Assembly (NCBI GenBank): GCA_963759885.1 | Contig: CAVXBA010000001.1 | Location: forward strand, 268,323 to 332,322 | Direction of reading: 5' to 3' | DNA length: 64,000 nt | Source: an uncultured Actinomycetota bacterium | GTDB lineage: Bacteria > Actinomycetota > Actinomycetes > Propionibacteriales > Nocardioidaceae | In this document: one piece after another, positions 1 to 9,830 of the stretch | Position numbering within the stretch: the first letter of the stretch is position 1 | Layout of the letters: each line of letters begins with the position of its first letter | The notes under the pieces: model-generated | Seen by the model: only the letters and a program-made list of their open reading frames with translations | What the model was told of the DNA's origin: nothing | The model's database searches: none | Translations under genes and position numbers: made by a program

Positions 1-1146
1 ACCGCCTTCGCGCAACCGGTCGGCGAAGCGCTGGGCCAGGCGGCAGTTGCGCTCCACCAGCGCCGCGACGCCTTCCCGTCCGAGCTCCTTGATCGCCGCC
101 CAGACAGCGAAACCCCGAGCACGTCGAGACGAACCGATCACCAGGTCTCCCCCGTGTGGCTCGCCTGTCCCGACCCCGGTCAGGTACGCGGCGGTGTACG
201 ACGCAGCCGCGACATGGACGTCGGGTCGTGCGACGAGGGCCAGGCCCGAGTCGTAGGGCACGTTCAGCCACTTGTGCGCGTCACACCCCCACGAGTCGGC
301 CAGCTCGAGCCCTCGGGTCAGGTGTCGATACGCCGGCGAGGCCGCGGCCCACAGGCCGAAGGCGCCGTCGACATGAGCCCAGCCGGCGTACTCGTGGGTC
401 ATGGCGATCGCCGACTCGAGATCGTCGCACGCCCCGGTGTTCACGTTGCCGGACTGCAGCGCCACGATCGTCGCGACGTCCGGCTCCTGGTCCAGCACGT
501 CCCTGAGCTGGTCGACGTCGATGGCGCCGTTGGCCTCGGAACGCACCGGTACCACCGCGTGGTTGCCGAGGCCGAGCAGCCGCAGCGAGCGGTCGATCGT
601 CGCGTGCCGCTCCTCACTGGCCAGCACCCGAACCCGCGGCGACCCGGCCAGCCCGTCCTGCTCGACGTCCCAGCCGCGTTCGGCAAGCAGGTGATGACGC
701 GCTGCGGCCAGTCCGACCGTGTTGGCCTCCTGCGCTCCGGTGACGAACCCGACCGAGGCCGTCTCGGGAACTCCCAGCAGCTCTTTGACCCACCGGCCCG
801 CGACGTGCTCGGCGGCCAGGGCAGCCGGGGACAACACCGCCGTGAAGCCGTTCTGATCCCAGCCCGTCGCCATCAGGTCAGCAGCCGTGGCGGAGCTCAA
901 CGACCCACCGACCACGAAGCCGAAGTAGCGAGGGCCCGCCGACGCGACGATGCCGGGCTCGGCGGCCTGAAGGAGCTGGGTCAGCACGTCGTCGGCGGTG
1001 GACGGCTGCTCGGGAACACTGGTCCCGAAGCCCTGCCGCAGGGACTCGACGTCGACCGGCTGTGCCACTGGTCGCTCGGCGAGGGTGGCACGGAAGGCAG
1101 CCACCTCGTCGGCAGCTCGTCGGATCACTTGGGACAGGTCGGACAT
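1..1146 (-). CDS. Group II pyridoxal-phosphate-dependent decarboxylase; C-terminus runs off the left edge
   Basis: Absent from the ORF track because it has no stop inside the window. My own minus-strand translation from ATG 1146 is uninterrupted: MSDLSQVIRRAADEVAAFRATLAERPVAQPVDVESLRQGF...AGPRYFGFVVGGS...SWGCDAHKWLNVPYDSGLALV. The DAHKW PLP-lysine motif is typical of group II decarboxylases. Third codon positions are G/C-rich. Confidence 0.85.
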   Translation of the reverse strand, partial: MSDLSQVIRRAADEVAAFRATLAERPVAQPVDVESLRQGFGTSVPEQPSTADDVLTQLLQAAEPGIVASAGPRYFGFVVGGSLSSATAADLMATGWDQNGFTAVLSPAALAAEHVAGRWVKELLGVPETASVGFVTGAQEANTVGLAAARHHLLAERGWDVEQDGLAGSPRVRVLASEERHATIDRSLRLLGLGNHAVVPVRSEANGAIDVDQLRDVLDQEPDVATIVALQSGNVNTGACDDLESAIAMTHEYAGWAHVDGAFGLWAAASPAYRHLTRGLELADSWGCDAHKWLNVPYDSGLALVARPDVHVAAASYTAAYLTGVGTGEPHGGDLVIGSSRRARGFAVWAAIKELGREGVAALVERNCRLAQRFADRLREGG

Positions 1147-1212
1147 GGGTTCGCTCACCCCGAGAACGTACGCCACCTGTCCATCTCCGAGCCTGTCCCG
1201 ACATCGAGACCA

Positions 1213-1900
1213 CCGCTCGTCTCCGGCCACCGCCTGACCGTTTCCCGGCGAGTGTCGGAAGACGTACGTCACACCAGCCGAGAGGTGACCGTATGCAGAC
1301 GAGTGCCGGAAAACGAACGCCACACCAGCCGAGCGCAGTTGCCGAGCGCCCACCGTTTGCCGGCGAGTGTCGGACAACGAACGCCACACCAGCCGAGAGC
1401 GGACCGTATGCAGACGAGTGCCGGACAACGAACGCCACACCAGCCGAGAGCGGACCGTATGCAGACGAGTGTCGGACAACGAACGCCACACCAGCCGAGC
1501 AGCCGACCGTATGCAGACGAGTGCCGGACAACGAACGCCACACCAGCCGCCAGCCGACCGTTACCCGGCGAGTGACGGAAGACGAACGCCACACCAGCCG
1601 AGCGCCGACCGTATGCAGACGAGTGCCGGACAACGAACGCCACACCAGCCGCGAGCCGACCGTTACCCGGCGAGTGCCGGACAGACGAACCCCACACCAG
1701 CCGAGCGCCGACCGTATGCAGACGAGTGTCGGACAACGAACGCCACACCAGCCGAGCGCCCACCGTTGCCAGGCGAGTGTCGGACAACGAACGCCACACC
1801 AGCCGAGCGCCCACCGTTTCCAGGCGAGTGTCGGACAACGCACGCCACACCGGCCGAGCGCCCACCGTATGCAGGCGAGTGTCGGAAGACGTACGCCTCA
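1213..1900. repeat. Tandem array, about 12 full plus 2 partial copies of a 51-bp unit
   Basis: Own reading. The unit is GAGTGYCGGACAACGAACGCCACACCAGCCGAG plus an 18-nt tail in 2-3 variants (..GGACCGTATGCAGAC, ..CCACCGTTTSCMGGC, ..CCGACCGTTACCCGGC). Units start at 1250, 1301, 1365, 1416, 1467, 1519, 1570, 1621, 1672, 1724, 1775, 1826 and 1877. The period is 51-52 nt, with one 64-nt unit. All six frames stay open, which explains the stacked track ORFs. Confidence 0.9.
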
Positions 1901-1982
1901 GTCGCCCGGCCCGGCTGTCCAGCGCGTCACGAGCGCGCAATAGCGGCCAGCGCTGGCAGCGCGGCCAGCTCGGCCAGCTCGG

Positions 1983-2207
1983 TCAGCGGGGGGTAGAGAC
2001 GGCTTGGACCACGAGCGGGTCGAGCTGGGAGTCGTCGCGAGCGATCTCCGCAGCCAGGTCCTCGCGCATCCGCGGGTCCCAGAACATCGACACATGCTGG
2101 GCGACAGCGGCAGCCGCCTGGTCATCCGGCAGGTGCGCGAACTGCCGCGCGATGTCGTTGGCCAGCCGGACCACCGGCGGTACCAACGGGACGTCGTGCT
2201 CAACCAC
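1983..2207 (-). CDS. fdsD: Formate dehydrogenase delta subunit (FdsD family)
   Basis: Track ORF 1983..2207. [35 protein letters not shown] matches the FdsD signature (..IA.QF...A...IA.Hi..FWDPRMR). It is the last gene of the fds operon. Confidence 0.8.
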   Translation of the reverse strand: MVEHDVPLVPPVVRLANDIARQFAHLPDDQAAAAVAQHVSMFWDPRMREDLAAEIARDDSQLDPLVVQAVSTPR

Positions 2208-2244
2208 GGCGACCCGACGCCGGCGCCGTGTCCCTCGTCGCCCC

Positions 2245-2400
2245 GGACACCGACGCCGACGCTGTGGCCGTCACCGACCCCGACACCGACCCCGACACCG
2301 ACCCCGACACCGACCCCGACACCGACCCCGACACCGACGCCGAGGCCGAGGCCGACACCGACCCCGACACCGAGGCCGACTCTGAGGCGGACCCCGACAC
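2245..2400. repeat. 12-nt microsatellite (GACCCCGACACC)n between the fdsA core and fdsD
   Basis: Own reading. Five perfect 12-nt units at 2276-2335, flanked by degenerate copies. On the minus strand it reads (GV)n, (SG/SV)n or (RC/RG)n, depending on frame. Confidence 0.9.
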
Positions 2401-5213
2401 GCCGGCCGTCTCGACGGGACAGCGCACCCTCGGCGTGATCCGTGGCCAGTCCTTCGCGAGCCTTCGCGACCTGGACGGCGGTCACCTTGTACTCCGGACA
2501 GTTCGTCGCCCAGTCGGAGTTCTCCGTCGTCACGACGTTGGCCCCGGAGACCGGGTGGTGGAACGTCGTGTAGACCACCCCGACCGGCATCCGGTCGGTG
2601 ATCTTGACGCTCATCGTCGTACTGCCCGACCCGGCTGCTCAAGGTGACCTGGTCCCCGTCGCTGATCCCGCGCACCTCCGCGTCGTGGGGGTGCACCTCG
2701 AGCACGTCCTCGGAGTGCCACAGCACGTTGGCGGTACGCCGGGTCTGGGCGCCGACGTTGTACTGCGAGAGGATCCGGCCGGTCGTCAGGATCAGCGGGT
2801 AGCGTCGGGTGCTGCGCTCGGTGGTGGCGACGTACGGCGTCGGGACGAAGTGGCCGAGTCCGCGCGCGAACTCCTTCGTGTGCATGATCTCGGTGCCCGT
2901 CGGGTTGTCGGCGTTGCACGGCCACTGGACGCTACCGACCTTGTCGAGCAGGTCGAACGACACGCCCGCGAAGGTCGGTGTCGTCTGCGCGATCTCGTCC
3001 ATGATCTGGCTGGCGTTGTCGTAGTGCATGTCGTAGCCCATCGCCTGCGCGATCTCGCAGGCGACCTGCCACTCGTGCTTGCCGACCCGCGGCGGCATCA
3101 CGGGGCGGACCCGGTTGATCCGGCGCTCGGCGTTGGTGAAGGTGCCGTCCTTCTCGAGGAACGACGTACCGGGCAGCAGCACGTGCGCGAACTTGGCGGT
3201 CTCGTTGATGAACAGGTCCTGGACGACGAGCAGGTCCAGCGCACCGAGCGCGGCATGCACGTGCTGGGTGTTCGGGTCGGACTGCGCGACGTCCTCGCCC
3301 TGGATGAACAGCGCGCGGAAGGAGCCGTCGAGCGCGGCGTCGAACATGTTGGGGATCCGCAGTCCTGGCTCGGCCAGGATCGTCGAGCCCCACAGGTCGT
3401 CGTAGATCGCCCGCACGTTCGGGTCCGACACGTGCCGGTAGCCCGGAAGCTCGTGCGGGAAGGAGCCCATGTCGCACGAGCCCTGCACGTTGTTCTGGCC
3501 GCGCAGCGGGTTGACGCCGACACCTTCGCGGCCGATGTTGCCGGTGGCCATGGCCAGGTTGGCCATTCCCATCACCATCGTGGAGCCCTGGCTGTGCTCG
3601 GTGACGCCGAGACCGTAGTAGATCGCGGAGTTGGGACCTGCCGCATACATCCGAGCGGCCGCGCGCAGGTCCGCCGCGTCCACGCCGGTGATGTCGGCCA
3701 GTGCCTCCGGGCTGTTCTCCGGCAACGCGATGAAGTCGGCCCATTCCTGGAACCCCTCGCACCGCTCGGCCACGAAGTCCTCGGCGATCAGGCCCTCGGT
3801 GACGACGACATGGGCCATCGCGTTGATCACCGCGACGTTGGTCCCTGGTGCGAGCTGCAGGTGGTACGACGCCTCGACGTGCGGCGTGCGGACCAGGTCG
3901 ATCCGGCGGGGGTCGACGACGATCAGCTTGGCGCCCTCGCGCAGCCGCCGCTTCATCCGGGAGGCGAAGACCGGGTGGCCGTCGGTCGGGTTGGCACCGA
4001 TCACGACCATCACGTCGGCCTGGTCCACGGACTTGAAGTCCTGCGTCCCGGCCGACGTGCCGAACGTCTGCTTCAGGCCGTACCCCGTCGGTGAGTGGCA
4101 GACCCGCGCACACGTGTCGACGTTGTTGTTGCCGAAGGCGGCGCGCACCATCCGCTGGACGACGTACACCTCCTCGTTGGTCGTTCGTGACGAGGTGATG
4201 CCGCCGATCGCACCGGCGCCGTGCTCCGCCTGGATCTCCCGGAAACGCCGGGCCACGAAGCCGATCGCCTCGTCCCACTCGGCCTCGCGCCACTCGTCGG
4301 TGATCTTCTCCCGCATCAGCGGCTTGAGGACCCGGTCGGCATGGCTCGCGTATCCGAACGCGAACCGGCCCTTCACACAGGAGTGGCCCTCGTTGGCGCC
4401 GCCGTCCTTGTAGGGCACCATCCGGATCAGCTCGCTGCCCCGCAGCTCGGCCTTGAAGGAGCACCCCACTCCGCAGTAGGCGCACGTCGTCAGCACCGAG
4501 CGGGTCGGCATGCCGAGCTCGACGACGGACTTCTCCTGCAGGGTCGACGTCGGGCACGCCTGGACACAGGCGCCGCACGAGACGCACTCGGAGTCCAGGA
4601 AGCTCTCTCCCGCGCTGGCGGAGACCACGGAGTCGAAGCCGCGACCGGAGATGGTGAGCGCGAACGTGCCTTGCACCTCTTCACACGCACGCACGCATCG
4701 CGAGCAGACGATGCACTTGCTGGGGTCGAAGTCGAAGTAGGGGTTGCTGGTGTCCTTGGGCGCCGCGAGGTGGTTGTCGCCGGCGTAGCCGTAGCGGACG
4801 TCGCGCAATCCGACGACGCCGGCCATGTCCTGAAGCTCGCAGTCCCCGTTGGCCGGACAGGTCAGGCAGTCCAGCGGGTGATCGGAGATGTAGAGCTCCA
4901 TCACGTTGCGACGCAGCCGGGCGAGCTTGTCGCTCTGGGTCGTGACCTTCATCCCGTCGGAGCAGGGCAGCGTGCACGACGCGGGCGTGCCCTTGCCGCC
5001 CTCGACCTCGACCAGACACAGACGACACGACCCGAACGGCTCGAGGCTGTCGGTCGCGCACAGCTTGGGTACGTCGACCCCGGCCAGCGCGGCAGCGCGC
5101 ATCACCGAGGTGCCTTCGGGCACGCTGACCGGCTGGCCGTCGATCTCGAGCGCGACGGTGGCCGGACCGGGCCGCTCGGGGGTGCCGAGGTCGGGTTCTT
5201 TGATGAGCGTCAT
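2271..5213 (-). pseudogene. fdsA: NAD-dependent formate dehydrogenase alpha subunit (Mo-bisPGD, Cys type), frameshifted near 2619-2630 as sequenced; 3' end unresolved
   Basis: Starts MTLIKEPDLG at 5213, with an ATGA overlap onto the fdsB stop. Motifs: 2Fe-2S CATDSLEPFGSCRLC; 4Fe-4S CIVCSRCVRACEE and CVSCGACVQACP; CAYCGVGCSF; active site CARVCHSPTG. The conserved C-terminus MSVKITDRMPVGVVYTTFHHPVSGANVVTTENSDWATNCPEYKVTAVQV lies in another frame (track ORF 1898..2614). Confidence 0.9.
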
Positions 5214-6844
5214 GGTGTGACCTCCGTGGTGCCTGCCCCTTGGGTGGCGGGCTGTTGCGGCGCTGCGTGCCGGTCGACGAGCTCGACCGTGGCGTGGGGG
5301 GGTGGGGTGACTCCGGGGCGGTCGAAGTCGTCGGGGAAGTGTTCGATGGCGCTGCGGACCGGCATGGGTGTCAACCCACCCATCGCACACAGCGAGCCCT
5401 CGACCATCGTCTCGCACAGGTCGTCGAGCAGGATCAGGTTGGCGTCGCGGTCCTGGTCGGCGATGATCTTGTCGATCACCTCGACGCCGCGCACCGAGCC
5501 GATCCGACAGGGCGTGCACTTGCCGCACGACTCCTCCGCACAGAACTCCATCGCGAACCGTGCCTGAACCGCCATGTCGACCGTGTCGTCGAAGACGACG
5601 AGTCCGCCGTGCCCGACCATGGCACCGGCCGCCGCGAACGCCTCGTAGTCGAGCGGGAGGTCGAACTGGTCCACCGGCAGGTAGGCGCCCAGTGGGCCCC
5701 CGACCTGCACCGCCCGGACCGGCCGACCGGACCGGGTCCCACCGCCGTAGGTGTTGACCAGGTCGCCCAGGCTGATGCCGAACGCGGTCTCCACGATGCC
5801 GCCGCGCGCGATGTTGCCGGCCAGCTGGAAGACCTGGGTGCCGCGCGACCGGTCGACCCCCAAGGCGGCGTACGACGCTCCGCCGTCTGCGAGCACGCCC
5901 GGCACGCTGGCCAAGGTGATCACGTTGTTGACCACCGTCGGCTTGCCGAACAGCCCGGCCAGGGCGGGGATCGGCGGCTTCGGCCGGATCACCCCACGCT
6001 TGCCCTCGAGGCTCTCCAGCATCGAGGTCTCCTCGCCACAGATGTAGGCGCCTGCGCCCATCCGGAGGGCGAGGTCGAACGATGTGTCCGAACCCAGCAC
6101 CGAGGTGCCGAGCAGGCCGCGGCTGTAGGCGATCTCGATCGCGGTGCGCAGGGTCTCCGCCGCGGCGGGGTACTCCGAGCGCAGGTAGAGGTAGCCCTGC
6201 GTCGCGCCGACCGCGCGCGCGGCGATCAGCATGCCCTCGATCAGGCAGAACGGGTCGCCTTCCATCAGCATCCGGTCGGCATAGGTGCCGCTGTCGCCCT
6301 CGTCGGCGTTGCAGCAGATGTACTTCTGGTCGGCCTGGGCCTGCAGCACGGTCCGCCACTTGATCCCGGCCGGGAAACCAGCGCCGCCCCGGCCGCGCAG
6401 TCCGGAGGTCACGACCTCCTCGGTCAGCTGCTCAGGGGACAGGTCGAGCGCGCGGCGCAGTCCCACGAGGCCGCCATGCTGCTGGTAGTCGTCGAGAGAC
6501 AGCGGGTCGATCACGCCGACCCGGGCGAACGTGATCCGGTGCTGGTCGCGCAGCCACGAGATCTCGTCGGTCGGTCCGTGGCAGAGCTCGTGGTCGGCCC
6601 CCCGAAGCAGACCGGCGTCGACCAGACCGGCGACATCGTCAGCGGTCACCGGGCCGTAGGCCACCCGCCCACGGTCGGTCTCGACCTCGACCAGAGGTTC
6701 GAGCCAGAGCAGCCCACGAGAGCCGTTGCGGACCACGTGGGCCGCGTCGCCGAGCCGAGAGCTCAGGGCGTCGGCGACGTCGTCGGCGCCGACCGACCGC
6801 GCGGCGCTGTCGCGCGGGACGTAGACGGTGACCGGCGTGCTCAC
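5210..6844 (-). CDS. fdsB: Formate dehydrogenase beta subunit (NuoF-like NAD/FMN/4Fe-4S subunit)
   Basis: Track ORF, 544 aa. Motifs GLRGRGGAGFPAGIKW, AYICGEETSMLESLEGKRG and ESCGKCTPCRIG. Start and stop codons overlap both neighbouring genes. Confidence 0.92.
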   Translation of the reverse strand: MSTPVTVYVPRDSAARSVGADDVADALSSRLGDAAHVVRNGSRGLLWLEPLVEVETDRGRVAYGPVTADDVAGLVDAGLLRGADHELCHGPTDEISWLRDQHRITFARVGVIDPLSLDDYQQHGGLVGLRRALDLSPEQLTEEVVTSGLRGRGGAGFPAGIKWRTVLQAQADQKYICCNADEGDSGTYADRMLMEGDPFCLIEGMLIAARAVGATQGYLYLRSEYPAAAETLRTAIEIAYSRGLLGTSVLGSDTSFDLALRMGAGAYICGEETSMLESLEGKRGVIRPKPPIPALAGLFGKPTVVNNVITLASVPGVLADGGASYAALGVDRSRGTQVFQLAGNIARGGIVETAFGISLGDLVNTYGGGTRSGRPVRAVQVGGPLGAYLPVDQFDLPLDYEAFAAAGAMVGHGGLVVFDDTVDMAVQARFAMEFCAEESCGKCTPCRIGSVRGVEVIDKIIADQDRDANLILLDDLCETMVEGSLCAMGGLTPMPVRSAIEHFPDDFDRPGVTPPPHATVELVDRHAAPQQPATQGAGTTEVTP

Positions 6845-7336
6845 GGGCGTGACTCCTCAGCCAGCAGGGCGTCGAGCCGGGCGTTGTCGACGCGACCGAA
6901 CAGCCGCCCGTCGAGCTCGACCGTCGGCCCGAGCGCGCAGTTGCCGAAGCAGAACACCTGCTGGAGCCCGACGTCGCCGTCCGGGGTGGACTGACCGAAG
7001 TCGACGCCGAGCCGCGACGTGGCGTGAGCCGCCAGCTCTCGCGCGCCGACACTCTGACAGGCCTCGGCGCGGCAGATCCGCAGGGTCCTTCGCGGAGCCG
7101 GCCGGTCGCGGAAGTCGTGGTAGAAGGTGACGACGCCATGGACCTCGGCCCGGGACAGGTTGAGCTCCTGCGCGAGGAGCCCGATCGCCGCGGGCGGGAT
7201 CCAGCCGATGGAGCCCTGCAGGGTGTGCAGGATCTCCATCAGCGGGCCGGGCTCGTCGTGGTGGGCGGCGACGGCGGAGCTGACCGCGTCGGCGAGCGCG
7301 GCGGCGTCGAACTCGGCTGCGCTGGTCCGGTGACAC
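6841..7336 (-). pseudogene. fdsG: Formate dehydrogenase gamma subunit (NuoE-like 2Fe-2S); N-terminus probably displaced by a +1 insertion near 7306-7325
   Basis: Track ORF 6841..7239 carries CRAEACQSVG...FCFGNCALGP. Upstream of ATG 7239 the same frame stays coding-like (EFDAAALADAVSSAVAAHHDEPGPL, third positions G/C) but has no start codon before the fchA stop. GTG 7336 (VSPDQRS) is in the -1 frame. Confidence 0.7.
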
Positions 7337-7344
7337 GGAGCTGC

Positions 7345-7966
7345 TCACGGCACCAGCCTGCCCCAGATCGCCTCGGTCAGTCGATGGGCACGCTCGAGCG
7401 TCTTGTCCACGTCTCCCATTGTGCTCCGCAGCCGCGACCTGGACGGTGCCGTCAGCGATGGCCTGCACGTTGGTCTCCACCGTGAGCCGGGAAGCGGTGC
7501 AGGCGGAGCGGACGGCCTCGACGCCCGCGGCCAGGTCGGCCAGGGCCTGCGGGTTGACGACGGGAGTCAGCCGCTCCGCCAGGTCGACCAGGCGCTCAGC
7601 CAGCTCCACCACCTGGAGGGGCGGCATCGTGGCCGCCTCCAGCGCTGCCGAGATCGCGCTCGCCCGGTCCGCGCGCTGCTCGTCATCGTGCCTGGGCAGG
7701 CGGTACGCCGCCGCCACGTCGCCGAAGGTCCGCTCGTCTGCCGTGGCCGCGGCCAGACTGCGGGCGCGGCAGTCGTCGGCGGCCTGAGCGATCTGTCCGA
7801 CGTCGTCGGCCGCGTCCGGGAACCGGTCAGCCGGCGTACACCGTGCGGCCATGCCGATCAGTGCCGCGCCCAGCCCCGCCTGGACCGCTGCCGCGGCACC
7901 GCCACCGGGGGTGGGGTTGCCGCCGGACAGCCGCTCGAGGAAGCCGTCGAGGGTCTCCGTCGGCAT
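7345..7966 (-). pseudogene. fchA: Methenyl-THF cyclohydrolase / formimidoyl-THF cyclodeaminase family protein, +1 insertion near 7415-7423
   Basis: The N-terminus [31 protein letters not shown] is the cyclodeaminase/cyclohydrolase signature. After ..TVQVAAAEH the plausible C-terminus MGDVDKTLERAHRLTEAIWGRLVP* (stop 7345-7347) is in the next frame. The literal ORF instead runs on through fdsG to 6857. Confidence 0.75.
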
Positions 7967-8150
7967 CGGTCCTGCCTTCTGTCAGCGTGGTGGGAGGCTG
8001 GATGAGGTCACCGGACCGTCGCTGTTGCGCATGGCACAACACGACGGCGCTAGGCGAGACAACCCAGGGGTTGCAAGGCTAACGTGGCGGCGGCCCCGCG
8101 TCACGGGTTCGGCGGGCCCATCATGCGATGACGACGTGGAAAGGGTCGAC

Positions 8151-9830
8151 ATGCTGTCGGACATCGAGATCGCCAACGCGGCGAAGCTCAAGCACATCTC
8201 GGAGGTCGCGCGCGACACTCTGGGGATCGACGAGGAGTACCTCGTCCCTTACGGACATTTCAAGGCCAAGGTCGACCTCGGCTATCTGACCAGCCTCGCG
8301 GACCGCCAGGAGGGTCAGCTGATCCTGGTCACGGCGATGTCGCCCACCCCGGCCGGGGAGGGCAAGACCACGACGACGGTGGGGCTCACCGACGCGCTGC
8401 ACGGTCTCGGACACCGCACGATCGCCTGCCTGCGCGAGCCGTCGATGGGACCGGTCTTCGGGATGAAGGGCGGTGCGGCCGGCGGCGGCTATGCCCAGGT
8501 CGTACCGATGACCGACATCAACCTGCACTTCACCGGTGACTTCGCCGCGATCGGGGCGGCCAACAACCTCTTGGCCGCGCTGATCGACAACCACGTCCAC
8601 CACGGCAACGCCCTGGACATCGACGTCCGGACGGTCACCTGGAAGCGCGTCCTGGATCTCAACGACCGCGCCCTGCGCGACACCGTCGTGGGCATGGGTG
8701 GAACGGCGAACGGCTTCCCGCGCGAGGAGGGCTTCGACATCGTCGTCGCCTCGGAGCTGATGGCGATCTTCTGCCTGACGGAGTCGTGGGCCGACCTGAA
8801 GAAACGGATCGGCGACATCGTCATCGGCTACGCCAAGGACAAGACTCCGGTGACCGCACGGGATCTCGGCGCCGACGGCGCGATGACCGTGCTGCTGCGC
8901 GACGCGCTCGCGCCCAACCTGGTGCAGACCCTGGAGCATGCTCCGGCGTTCGTGCACGGAGGACCTTTCGCCAACATCGCACACGGCTGCTCCTCGGTGA
9001 TGGCGACCCGGGCCGGTCTGCGGTTGGCGGACTTCGTCGTCACGGAGGCGGGCTTCGGCGCGGACCTCGGTGCCGAGAAGTTCGTCGACATCAAGTGCCG
9101 CAAGTCCGGCTTGCGTCCGGCTGCCGCCGTCGTGGTCGCCACGGTGCGAGCGCTGAAGTTCCACGGCGGGATCGAAGCGACGGACCTGAACGTCGAGAAC
9201 CTCGAGGCCATCGAGAAGGGCATGGCCAACCTGACCCGGCACCTGCACAACATCCGCGAGGTCTACGGCATCCCCTGTGTCGTGGCCGTCAACCGGTTCC
9301 CGAGCGACACCGACGCCGAGGTGGCGAAGGTGGTCGACCTGGTGGCGGCCGAGGGGGTCCAGGCGTTCCCTGCCACCCACTTCGTCGACGGGAGCGCCGG
9401 CGCCCGACCGCTGGCGGAAGGGCTGCTGCGCCTGCTCGACGAGCCTTCGCCGTACCGGTTCTCCTTCACCTACGACAACGAGCAGAACCTGACCGAGAAG
9501 GTCGAGACGATCGCCACCCGGTTGTACGGCGCCGCGGAGGTCACCTGGGACCCGAAGGCGCGGCGTCGCCTCCGGCAGGTCGAGCGGGACGGCTTCAGCC
9601 ACCTGCCGGTCTGCGTGGCCAAGACCCAGTACTCCTTCTCGACCAACGCCGCCTCCAGGGGCGCTCCCCTGGGTCACTCACTGCACGTGCGAGAGGTCCG
9701 ACTTTCTGCCGGCGCCGGCTTCGTGGTGCTGGTGTGCGGTGACGTGATGACGATGCCCGGACTGCCGAAGGACCCGTCAGCCGCCCGGATCGACCTCACC
9801 GACGACGGAACCATCCTCGGCCTGTCCTGA
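8151..9830 (+). CDS. fhs: Formate-tetrahydrofolate ligase
   Basis: Inside track ORF 7851..9830. ATG 8151 gives [20 protein letters not shown], and [15 protein letters not shown] is the FTHFS P-loop. About 559 aa, as expected for the family. Confidence 0.95.
   Translation: MLSDIEIANAAKLKHISEVARDTLGIDEEYLVPYGHFKAKVDLGYLTSLADRQEGQLILVTAMSPTPAGEGKTTTTVGLTDALHGLGHRTIACLREPSMGPVFGMKGGAAGGGYAQVVPMTDINLHFTGDFAAIGAANNLLAALIDNHVHHGNALDIDVRTVTWKRVLDLNDRALRDTVVGMGGTANGFPREEGFDIVVASELMAIFCLTESWADLKKRIGDIVIGYAKDKTPVTARDLGADGAMTVLLRDALAPNLVQTLEHAPAFVHGGPFANIAHGCSSVMATRAGLRLADFVVTEAGFGADLGAEKFVDIKCRKSGLRPAAAVVVATVRALKFHGGIEATDLNVENLEAIEKGMANLTRHLHNIREVYGIPCVVAVNRFPSDTDAEVAKVVDLVAAEGVQAFPATHFVDGSAGARPLAEGLLRLLDEPSPYRFSFTYDNEQNLTEKVETIATRLYGAAEVTWDPKARRRLRQVERDGFSHLPVCVAKTQYSFSTNAASRGAPLGHSLHVREVRLSAGAGFVVLVCGDVMTMPGLPKDPSAARIDLTDDGTILGLS

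Noticed and set aside
1213-1900. CRISPR array interpretation of the 51-bp repeat region.
   Set aside because: The 18-nt variable parts occur in only 2-3 recurring variants rather than as unique spacers, and they are far too short. There are no cas genes in the window and no leader-like AT-rich flank.
154-1996. Long plus- and minus-strand track ORFs (154..1575, 878..1843, 1062..1943, 1269..1940, 1367..1996) that could be read as repeat proteins.
   Set aside because: The left parts are antisense or out of frame relative to the well-supported decarboxylase gene (1..1146, minus strand). The right parts exist only because the 51-bp unit lacks stop triplets in all six frames. There is no RBS or start context, and the 17-aa repeats are biologically odd.
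2228-2647. Plus-strand ORF encoding (DTDP)n.
   Set aside because: It is antisense to the fdsA C-terminus and tail. It is a by-product of the 12-nt microsatellite.
3990-4010. Selenocysteine (in-frame TGA) at the fdsA active site.
   Set aside because: The active-site residue is a normal Cys codon (CARVCHSPTG). There is no in-frame TGA, and I saw no SECIS-like hairpin.
5214-6359. N-terminal ~380 codons of the 1362-aa track ORF 2271..6359.
   Set aside because: It is out of frame over the well-supported fdsB gene, and its translation is Arg/Pro/Gly-rich. fdsA starts at ATG 5213, with an ATGA overlap onto the fdsB stop.
7967-8150. Possible ZTP (pfl), THF or Moco riboswitch in the divergent fchA / fhs leader region.
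   Set aside because: I looked for the conserved cores on both strands, for example GGGUCGUGACUGGCG...CCGCCUGGGC for ZTP. I found only a generic CAGCG...CGCTG stem. A covariance-model scan (Rfam/Infernal) would be needed to exclude this properly.
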